Origin: the human T2T-CHM13v2.0 reference genome, Homo sapiens
Direction: 5' to 3' (one strand)
Assembly: GCF_009914755.1 (NCBI RefSeq)
Contig: NC_060939.1
Length of the DNA: 64,000 nucleotides
Below the pieces are notes generated by a model. The model saw only the letters and a list, made by a program, of their open reading frames with translations, had not been told where the DNA came from and did no database searches. This document shows, piece by piece, positions 52,851-64,000 of the stretch (within the stretch, counting starts at the first letter, position 1; each line of letters opens with the position of its first letter). Position numbers and translations under genes: made by a program.

Positions 52851-54945
52851 GGTTCACTAGTAGAACCCTTTCCTGTTTTCAAGTACTGTGTTTTTTCTTC
52901 TTTAAAAAATAAAACAGAGCTGAGATTGGTGGTGCACACTTGTAGTCCCAGATACTCAGGAGGCTGAGATAGGAGCATTGCTTGAGCCCAAGAGATCAAG
53001 GTCAGCCTGGTAAACATAGCAAGACCCTGTCTCTAAAAGAAAAAAAAAAATGTGTGTGTGCATGTATGTGTATGTATGAGAGATACATACCCAGGAACAG
53101 TCTAGATACTACAACAACACTGGGTTTTGATTTAGTTCTTACTCTAATTCACCTTTTCCATACAGAATGTCAAATTATCCATTTCTTTGCTTATCAAACC
53201 ATTACATTTTATCCTTACTTATCAATACATAATATTTCTTCTTTCTTGCCAGCCACTGTAACTGCACACTTCCTCTTGCCTCATTTGTATTCAAGCTTTA
53301 TTATATGAAATAATATTCATAGAGCATTGCTTGAAGGATATTCACCAATTCCCTTTGATCAGAGCTGGCAGATAGATTCAAGTTGGCATGGGAGAAGAAC
53401 CCTATTAATGAGTACGGTTGGAAAGGATTATGAGGCAACGTCCAGTCTCAACGGGAAAAAGTTCAGTGATCATTTGGTGACGTTTGTCCTGGGCTTGGAC
53501 TAGAAATGATGGTGTGGGTGCCAGGAAGGCATTTTCATCCCTTTTCCCAGATATTGTAAAATGTATCACTGAAAACAAGCCAGAACTTCAGAAAGTTGCT
53601 TTTCTGTATGTAATTGTTTTGACCACTTGAGTGTCCTGAGTGGCACTTGACAATATGCCAATCACCTGCCTTGAGGATGTTCTGGGAGACAATTGTTCAG
53701 AGTTTGATTCTATATTTATTGCAGAAATGTTGCTGAGGATAAACTATATGACATGGTGTTCCCTTTAAGAAGAGCCAGGGAAGAGTTTTTCTGAGCAACA
53801 GATCTGTTTTTATCTTATGGACACTGTGAATGTTACAACTGATTATGTTTCCCTCCTTGCTTTGGTTGCTAGGAAACCCAGGACAAAATTGCAGACCTCC
53901 TCTGGCAACTGCACAAGACCTTTGAAAAACATTTGACATGCTAACTTTACCTCTCCTGTCATTTTATTTTCATATCACTTTTTCTTTAGAACTCCTTCCT
54001 TCCCTCTCGATTTCCTTCCATCCTTTCCCCCGTTTTCTTTCTTCATCTCTCCTTTCCCCTCCTCAGTTAACATTAATTGTGCATCTGCTGTATGCCTGGC
54101 ACCATGTTTAGGGGTTGGACGCACAGCCACCTTTACCCCCACCCCCCTTCAAACCCACGTTAATAATTGCAGCCCTAGTCACAGCACTCGGGGTTGCTGG
54201 AAAGACTTAGGGAGATACATGCACCGAGGGATTCTTCCAGAGTTTTTTTTCAGGTGGGCTGGGCCCTCCCTGGTTTCTTCTTCAGAGAGGATTCTAGTGA
54301 CCTACACACTAAGCACATCACCCTTGCCCTGGTCTCTCTCAGATCATTTGTTCTGTCCCTATACACCCCATAGATCAATCTGTTTAATTGCCTCTTGCAC
54401 ATTCATCTAGAGTGGGTAGCCTTTCATGAGTACACAAATACAACTTTTATCAAAAAGATTTTTTGAAAAAGGAGAATGGAAGCATGTGATGAAGGGAAGA
54501 GAATGAATGTTCAGGAGCTGGGGGCTAAAGCATGAAAGCTGACTTCCTCTTAACTTTTCCTGAAGATCATTAATCTGCCCAGCCCCACTCTTCCATTGTT
54601 CCTGCTTCCAATGTGACCAAGCTCCTCAAAGTTCTGCTTTCACTTCCCCTCTGTGGCAGAAACAGGCATGGTAAGGTGGGGGCTTTGCATTTAATTCCTG
54701 ATTAGTCAGTTAAGTCAGTGATTTTGAATCTGCATTACAAAACACTGTGTGTTTCTCAGGTAATTGGCATTGTACAGCCTCTATGTTTCTATTTTTGCTT
54801 CCAGGAAGCTTGGAGTCAAATTCGATGCTTCGTCACAGCTGCAATATTAGCCTTCATGGCTTGCAAGATTGATGCTCCTTAAAAAGCAGAAAACAAAAAT
54901 CAAAAAACATCTTTATTGTTTGAATGACTTTTTTTTTTCTTTTGA

Positions 54946-55167
<222 letters not shown>

Positions 55168-56437
55168 TGATCTGCCCACCTGGGCCTTCCAAAGTGCTGG
55201 GGTTACAGGCGTGAGCCACCACACCCAGCCTGAATGCCTTTTTAAAAAGCCATATACAACCCTTTTTCAAACAATGATTTTGAAATTGACCTACACTGAG
55301 CAGAACTTCAGACCTTAATCTCCTGGGCAATGAGTCAAATGATCAAATCAAAGCGTGTCCAAACACCATTGTCTAAGGTGCTGGGCATGGAGCTTTGCTG
55401 GGGGTCAGCTGTGATATCATGAGTCCAGCTACTTTAAGTCAGAAGATGTGAATTCAAGTTTGCCCTGTGTCTTCTTAGACATTTGAATTTGGCAAGTCAT
55501 CTAACTTCTTTCAGCCCCAGTTTCTTCATCCATAAATGGCTCTATGTTCTTCAGACAGCTGTTGTGAGGATTACAGGAGATAGAATTGATGGAATTACTG
55601 TTTAATCTACAGAATACTATATTGTCACAAAATCGGATTATATTTGTTGGGTTTATGACTTACCCCAAAACCCAGGGAAGTTTCCTGTAAAACTGAAAAC
55701 TTCTTCCCAACTGCAAGCCTTCCGACCACTCATATTTTCAGCGTTAAGAGAAACTTGTCAACAAAAATCATGTAGTCTCCAATACGCACATCACAATACC
55801 TCAAACACTGCCATGTCACTTGGGTCCCTTGTGGGCTGTAAGGGAGCAGCTCTCAGTGTTGGGCTGTTGGATGTTTCTGTTATTGAGTTCAGATGCCCAT
55901 GGCTGTTCTGCTGGTGGCAAGGCTCACCGACCCCTCTGAAGTGGCTTCTGTTCACCATTCTCTTTGGCTCTCTCCTTTTCCTGGGACATTGATTCATTTC
56001 CTTTGTTTTAAGCCCCACCTCTTGCTAATGACCCCCAAACTCTCTGTAGCTTGTGCCTCTCTTGGTGCCACAGATGAGTATCCAAACAGTTGACAGCTCT
56101 TCCTGGGAGCCCCTGGGTACTGAAAAACCCACATGTCCACAACCAAAATCACCTCTAGTGCCCTCCTCCCAGCCGTCTCCAATTCCTATCTAGATCTTTC
56201 ACACCTGTGTCCTCCTCTTCTCCTCTTCCCTCTCACTGCCATTGCCTTGGTTCAGGGCCCATCCTCTCTTGCCAGGACAATTGTAGGAGCCTCCTAATTG
56301 TTCTTTCTGCCTCCTATCCCTCTTCCTTGTAAACCATGGTCCATGCCAGCTACCAGACAGAGCTTTAAAGATGCTACTCTGATCAAGTCCATCCCTCCTC
56401 CCACTTATACGGTTTATTTTTTATTTTTCAGAGATGA

Positions 56438-56626
<189 letters not shown>

Positions 56627-57282
56627 TAGTCTCCAACTCCTGGCCTCAAGTGATCCTCCCCCCTCAGCCTCCCAAAGTACTGGCCACCATGCCCAGCCTC
56701 ATATACAAATAATTTAAGATTCATAATCTTTTCTGATATTGAGCCCCTGATCCCTCTCCATCTTCACCTCCTGCCAGCCCCACTCACACACGACATCCCA
56801 GTATTTCCAACCAGCGCAAATTACTTGCACTTCATAAAGTGGCAAGCTCTCCCACACATTTCTTTCTGCCTTTAACATGTTTTGGCTCTGTTGCCTGGAA
56901 AGCCCAACCTCTTCTGTGTCTGTTTGGCCAGCTTCTACTTGTTCTTCAAGGCTAGTCTAAAGCCTCACTTCCTTCTGAGGCTTTTCTTGGATCCTTCAGA
57001 CCAAATTTGCTGTTTCCTATAGCAATTGGCTTATATATTTTTTATTGCATTATATGGTAATTGTTTACATGTCTTTCTCATACTAGTCTGTGGTCCTCTT
57101 GGGCAATTTGTAATTCATCTTTGTATGCTCACTTCTTAGAATAATGACGGAAACACAGCAGACTGTCTGAGGATGTTTGTTGATAAAATGAATTGATTAG
57201 TGATGTAATTATCATATCTATTTTTACAATAGTAGCGAGCACAACTGAAGCCAGGTCAGTATGACAGGAGGGGTAAGTCTAG

Positions 57283-57930
<648 letters not shown>

Positions 57931-58269
57931 ATCTAGAGCATTCAATCACTGAACAAATATTTCTTTCTTTTTCTTTTTTTTTTTTTTTTGAGGCAGAGTC
58001 TTGCTCTATCACCCACGCTGGAGTGCAGTGGCATGATCTCTGCTCACTGCAACCTCTGCCTCCTGGGTTCAAGTGATTCTTGTGCCTCAGCCTTCTGAGT
58101 AGCTGGGACTACAGGCACACATCACCATGCCCGACTAATTTTTGTATTTTTAGTAGAGATAGGGTTTCACCATGTTGCCTAGGCTGGTCTCAAACTCCTG
58201 ACCTCAAGTGATCTGTCTGCCTCGGCCTCCCAACGTGCTGAGATTACAGGCTGAAGCACTGTGCCTGGC

Positions 58270-59800
58270 TTGCAAATATTTCTTGAGCACCTCCTATGTA
58301 CTGGGCATTAATCTAGATGATGGGAATGGAACAATGAACGAGCCAGAGAAGGTTCCCAACCTCGAGGAGCTTCCATTATCATGGAGGAGAGATCCAGACC
58401 AGTAAACAAAGGCGTAAGCCAGATAATTTTAGATAGTAAAAGTACTCTGAATCAAATAAAGCAGGGCGCTTGATAGGCGAAAGTTCAGGAGGGTGGTCAG
58501 GTAAGGCCTTCTACAGCAGCTGAGTCAACTGAGGTCAGAGGCAGGAATCAGAGGGAGGAGACTAGGACATGTTTAGATGAGAGGCAGTATAGACCAAAAC
58601 TAAGAGGAGGTGCGGATGGGGAGGAGCAAACAGACTTGAGTGATATTTGGAAAGTCACACTGGGAGAATTGTGTAACAAAAGGAATTCCGGAGAGGTGGG
58701 AACTGATGGCTCCCAGGCTTCTGGCTTGGGTGAGTGGGCGAATTGTGGTGCCACCAGATAAAATAAAGCAGGAGTGTGTCTTGAGGAAATGAGGAATTCT
58801 GTTTTGACATTGTGAGGTGCCACCGGGATGCCCAGGCAGCCATGCTAAGGGAATAACAGGTCAGGGCTTGTTATTTGGGATCTAGCATCATAGATGTGGC
58901 CATTAAAACCAAGTGTGTCTGAGAAAGAAACAAGAGAAGATGGTAGGCAAAAGAGGACACTCAGGGCCAGGTGTGGTGGTTCACACCTGTAATCCCAGCA
59001 CTTTGGGAGATGGAGGCGGGTGGATCACCTGAGTTCAGGAGTTTGAGACCAGCCCGGCCAACATGATGAAACCCCATCTATACTAAAAATACAAAAATTA
59101 GCCGGGTATGGTGGCGGGCACCTGTAATCCTAGTTCCTTGGGAGGCTGAGGCAGAATTGCTTGAACCCGGCGGGGGGCAGGGCAGAGGTTGCAGTGAGCT
59201 GAGATTGTGCCACTTCACTCCAGCCTGAGTGAAAGAGCGAGACTTTGTCTCAAAAACAAACAAACAAACAAAAAACAAACAAACAAAAAAAACCCAGGAC
59301 ACTCAGGTTCAGGGAGCAGATTTCTAAATTGGAAGCTACTTGAGCCTGTGTCTAGGTTGAGCGGAAGGATCCAGGGCAGCCAGAGGGGTTCACTTATCCC
59401 AAAAGCCAGGGAAGGTTCCTGCGAAAAACTCTTCCCAACTACAAGCATTCTGACCACTCATATTTTCAGCATTAAGAGAGAAACTGTTGTCAACAAAAAA
59501 ATCATGTAATTCCCAATATGTATATCACAATACCTTGAAACTTTGCCATGTCACTTGGGTCCCTTGTGGGCTCTGAGGGAGCAGCTCTGAGACTGATGCA
59601 ACAAGGTTGGGTGTTGATGGAAGGGATGGGCTGGCTTGGGAGCCTGGCTGGGAGCTCAGAGGTATAGGAGGAGGTGTCTCTTGTCAGGGAGGAAGTAGGA
59701 GTTTAAGGAGAGTGGTGAAGGTTAGGGGTGGAAGAGGGTGATGTGCAGGTGACAGGTGAGGACACCTCTTGGAGAAACTTTGGATATGTCACAGTGTGGG
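58270..59800 (-). mobile_element. L2 fragments interrupted by an Alu and the 200-bp duplicate
   Basis: aaatatttcttgagcacctcctatgtactgggca...ctcccaggcttctggcttgggtga. Confidence 0.6.
59392..59588 (+). repeat. ~200-bp direct dispersed duplicate of 55658-55853
   Basis: Shared blocks such as gaccactcatattttcagc and tgccatgtcacttgggtcccttgtgggct. Confidence 0.92.
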
Positions 59801-59966
59801 CCAAGGCTTAAACGTTATGCACTCAGAGTTGGAGAAGCCTTCAAGAAGAACTAGGATGAAGGATTAGGAGAACTGGCATTTGAAAAGTGGAGTGGCCCTG
59901 GAGCAGGCCATACCTCCTCGTAGCTCATTTTCCTCATGTCTAAAATGAGCCAAATGGTCTTTTAGA

Positions 59967-60570
59967 GGCTAGGTGCGGTGGCTCACACCTGTAATCCCAG
60001 CACTTTGGGAGGCCGAGGAGGGAGGATCACTTGAGCCCAGGAGTTTGAGACCAGCTTGGGCAACATAGTGAGACCCTGCCTCTACAAAGAAGTGGTGCGA
60101 GACTGTAGTCCCAGGAGCTAAGGAGGCTAAGCTGGGAGGATGGCTTGGCGTGGGAAAGTGGGGACTGCAGTGAGCCCTCATCTCTCCACTGCCTCTAGCC
60201 TGGTTTGCAGAGTGAGACCCTGTCTTAAAAAAATAAAAATAAAAATAGGCTGGGCGCGGTGGCTCACGCCTGTAATCCCAGCACTTTGGGAGGCCGAGGC
60301 GGGCGGATCACGAGGTCAGGAGATCAAGACCACGGTGAAACCCCGTCTCTACTAAAAATACAAAAAATTAGCCCGGCGCGGTGGCGGGCACCTGTAGTCC
60401 CAGCTACTCTGGAGGCTGAGGCAGAATGGCGTGAACCCCGGGAGGTGGAGCTTGCAGTGAGCCAAGATTGCACCACTGCACTCCAGCCTGGGTGACAGAG
60501 CGAGACTCTGTCTCAAAAAAAAAAATAAATAAAAATAATAAATAAATAAATAAATAAATAAATAAAATAA
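59967..60570 (+). mobile_element. Old Alu (59967-60246) followed by a young AluY-lineage copy (60248-60570) inserted in its tail
   Basis: The second copy is CpG-rich and has the 12-bp deletion (gagatcaagaccacggtg). Confidence 0.88.
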
Positions 60571-61673
60571 ACCCCTCAAATGGCAACAGCAAAAACACAT
60601 AAATGGTCTCTTAAATTCCCTGGAAGTTGTAAAGACAGTAAGTACATGCCGGTACCTCCCTCAGTTGCTTGAGCTGTTCTCCTGGAACTCACTGCCCTTC
60701 AGATAGCCACAACACTTGACACACAATATTTTCCATACCCGTAGGCATCTATCATTCAGAGGAAGAGGCTTATCTTCCAGTCTTTGTACCCTGCAGGGCC
60801 CAATGCAGGCTGGCTGGTGGGCACCTGGCCTCCAGGAATGCTTCCTGGAATAGCAATGAATGGCGCTCTAGTCTCTTAGAGTCTCAGCATTTATGTCCAT
60901 TTCAATTAAAGAAAAAAAAAAAAAAAGAATCGCAGGAGGTGGTGTAGTGAGCAGCACAGGATAACGCGCTTCGTAGGTATGAACTCAGTTAACCCCACAG
61001 TCACACTATGAAGTGTGTTATCCCCATTTCCCAGATAAGGGAAAAGACAGAGAGGTTAAGTAATTTGACCAAAGTCAACAGCTGGTGAGTGGAGAGCCAG
61101 GTTTAAAAACCGGATGCCGGCTCCGTGCAGCAGCCCGCCGATGGCTACTGGAGCGGAGAGGTTCCGAGGTTTCAGGGGCATTTTGTCCTTTCCCACTTCT
61201 GGGCCGTGGGCTCCCCCATAGACGATCCCGCGGGCCCTTCCTCCTCTGACACCCTCGGATCTGGTTCCACCTTTCCCGGACCGCAGCTCAGCCCCGCGCC
61301 TCTCCAGCTCTTCGATGACCGGTTCCCGGCCGTGCCCCGGGCCCTCCCTCGGAGCGCGCGCCGCCAGGGGCACCTGTCCCTGCGCGGGGGTGTCGCCGCC
61401 CCTCGGCGCCGCCGGGCGCTTGCCGCTGAGCCGTGGCGCCCCTGGCAGGAGCACTGCAAGGACGCCTCCCGGGACTGCACCGCGGCCCTGCGCACTTGGG
61501 GCGACGGGGCCAGGCGCGGGGGACGGCTGCGGGCTGGGAGGGCGCGCGGAGGAGACACCGCTGAGGGGACGCCGCTGAGGGCGCCACGCGGGGGGCGCGG
61601 CTGAGGCGCCTCGAAGGGCAAGCGCCAAGGGGGCGCGGGCGCCGCCGGAAGCTGGGGCGGGGCGCCCAGCGGG

Positions 61674-61682
61674 ATGCGGTGA
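61674..61682 (+). other. Minimal upstream ORF (M-R-stop) before the TM6SF1 ATG
   Basis: gggATGCGGTGA, 33 nt upstream of and in frame with the main ATG. Relevant only if the TSS is upstream of 61674. Confidence 0.45.
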
Positions 61683-61799
<117 letters not shown>

Positions 61800-62313
61800 T
61801 GAGTGAGCCGGCGCGGCGGGGGTCGCGCCGAGGGGCGGCGGGAGTTGGCTCGCCGCGACGGGAGCCTCGCAACTTTTCCGAGGGGGCTGGGACCGTCCGC
61901 CGCGGGACAGAGGTTCGTGGCCGCAGGGGCTCCCCGCGCCTGGCCAGACTAGGGGGGCGCCCCAGGGGTCGCACGGGCCGGGTCTTGGAGCCGGGCCCTG
62001 AGGTGCCCAGGCTGGCGCATTTCGGGATGTTGGTGCCAGCACCGCGCCAGGTGCCCGGGGTCACAGGCGTCAATACGGCCATGCCCCTGCCCTGGAGGGG
62101 CCCAGGGGCCGGTGGGGAGCGGAACAAACACGGACACTACGAACCTGGCCGTGTCAGCTCGTTTGTGCCTTGTTCTTTTTGCATCTCACGGGAACGTTTC
62201 CATGTATGGACTTTCGCATACTTATCATTTCTTATTAATTTTAGAAACTGTTGTGAATGACTAGCAGAAATAGCCCGGAACCAACAGGCAGAGACGTGGG
62301 TTCTAGGCCTGGC

Positions 62314-62370
62314 TTTGGCACTGACGGTGTCTGGCCTGACGGTGTTTGGCACTGACGGTGTGGTCTGGCC
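62314..62370. repeat. 15-16-bp tandem triplication (tggcactgacggtgt)
   Basis: tttggcactgacggtgt ctggcctgacggtgt ttggcactgacggtgt. Confidence 0.85.
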
Positions 62371-63019
62371 TCGGTTTTCCGGTCAAGTGGACTTTGTGTG
62401 CGTCCTATTGTAAGGTTCCACCGAGACCTCTTTGTGAAGGGGCGTTGTGAATGGAGAAGTGCTTCCCAGTGCCTGCGCTGGGGTAGGATGGGGACAGGCA
62501 GCAGAGGCAGAACACTTCAATGTGAAGGAAATGGGTGGGGCTGATGGAGGGGGACAGGGCTTGGGTTCGAAGCCCTGCCTCCCACTCCACTGCAGGGATC
62601 ACGGACTAACCTGCAGCCGGCAGCTGAAGGCCTGAGGGTCGCCGGGTGTTGGGACAGGCGCCAGCCTCTGTTCCTGCTGATGTTGGTTGCTGTCTGGAGG
62701 GAGGAGGAAGTAACCTGCTATGTCTCTCAGCTGTTGGTGCTAAGGAAATTGCATCAGTCTGTAGGCTGCAAACCCCCTTCAGCTGGTCAGGCCGTGGAGT
62801 GTCTGTACATAGGGTGGTAACTTCCTCCTCTCCAGCTGCCTGGCCGCCTGATACAGGCAGCACCCACACTGAGTGCTCACCAGGCACCAGCAGTGTCTAC
62901 CCTTGGTCTGGCCCAGTCTCTGGAGGCATCCCCTGGAGGCAGCTGCTCTGGGCCACCGAATATTACATGCCTGTCAATATAGTGCATGGGGGACCCTGTG
63001 CTCCAAAAAATGGCATTAC

Positions 63020-63460
63020 GGGTAGTTCAGTGAAGATATACTGAGTGCCTACTGTGTGTTTGGCACTGTTCCAAGTGTTGGTGACATAGCTATGAACAAG
63101 CCAGAAGAGGCTGTGGAGGCAGGTAATGAGATAGACATCAACAAACATTAATACATCGATAGTGACATGCTATGAAGATAATAAAATAGGGTGACTGGGG
63201 AGGGGGCTGGTGGCCAGGGAAGGCTTCTAGGAGGAGGTAACACTTGAGCTATGGGAAGATCTGGGAATGGAGCCTGTCGGGCAGGAAAATGGAGCAGTGC
63301 AGGGGAAGGAATTGGATGGGCGTAGTAGGTATTTTGGAAGGTGAACAGATGGGGCTTACTGAAGAGGGTTGCATGGCAGCAGAGGATTTGAGGATGAGCC
63401 CTAGGTTTTGGCCTCAGCCACTGGGAAGATGGTGATGGCATTTACTGAATACAGACTGAA
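63020..63460 (-). mobile_element. L2 fragment in TM6SF1 intron 1
   Basis: tactgagtgcctactgtgtgtttggcactgtt...aggttttggcctcagccactgggaagatggtgatggcatttactga. Confidence 0.7.
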
Positions 63461-64000
63461 CTATGTATTGCTGTGCATGATGGAGCGCACTGGCAAGCAC
63501 TACAGCATTTTGAATAATTAGTGTCAGCCATTCTTCCTGTCCTCTTGCAGGTTAAAACCCCCGTGGCCTTTGATTCCTCTCTTCTTTCTCCACTCCCTTC
63601 CTCCTACTGTCTGCTTCCCCATAAGTCCTGGGGCTCTAGTGTCTGTTCCCTCCTTTCAGTTCTCCCTGGCACTGGCCCTTTCTGACCTGGACTGTGGCAA
63701 AGGCTCCGGTGCAAGTCTCGCTGCCCAGCCCCGCTGCGTGTTTCTCGGCCTCGGCCCCCCAGTCCCAGCCCACGCACTAGTGCTCCTGCCGCACCAGCCT
63801 GCCTTTGCTCCTTGACCATTCCTCCTCCTCTCCAGCCTCTAGCCCGGACTCCTGCTGCTCCCTGACAGGGATGCTGCCTTCCTCCTATCGCAGACTGTTG
63901 AAGCCGCACCTGGACTTTATGGCCACTTCTACCTTCTGCAGACCCTCCCTCTCTCTCCTTTGAGCTCCCTCAGTCCCTTGTTTGCACCTTTCTCCCGAGA

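Overview
Human-type genomic DNA (Alu, L1, L2, MIR, LTR and MER repeats). Protein translation identifies it as the BTBD1-TM6SF1 head-to-head interval (15q25.2 from recall). On the minus strand are the BTBD1 CpG-island promoter and coding exons 1-3 (21525-21125, 10917-10761, 4530-4425). These join in frame at canonical GT-AG sites, and the gene continues off the left edge. On the plus strand are the MIR4515 hairpin in the BTBD1 promoter and TM6SF1 coding exon 1 (61707-61798) in a second CpG island. The remainder is intron or intergenic DNA with about 50 Alus and many older repeats. I found no evidence for a new multi-gene system. The most interesting observations are: (1) a TSD-flanked 35-nt U2 snRNA retrocopy that was later copied, as part of a ~225-bp templated insertion, into a nearby LTR; (2) a second ~200-bp short-range dispersed duplication; (3) a U7 snRNA retrocopy with an expanded loop; (4) a CCAAT-amplified LTR12 solo LTR inside an AluY, pointing at BTBD1; (5) in-frame uORFs in both genes; (6) a (GGGCC)n G-run next to the BTBD1 exon 1 donor; (7) candidate myeloid (PU.1/IRF/STAT) and MiT/TFE enhancers. 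Repeat family names and boundaries come from visual recognition of remembered consensus sequences and are approximate.
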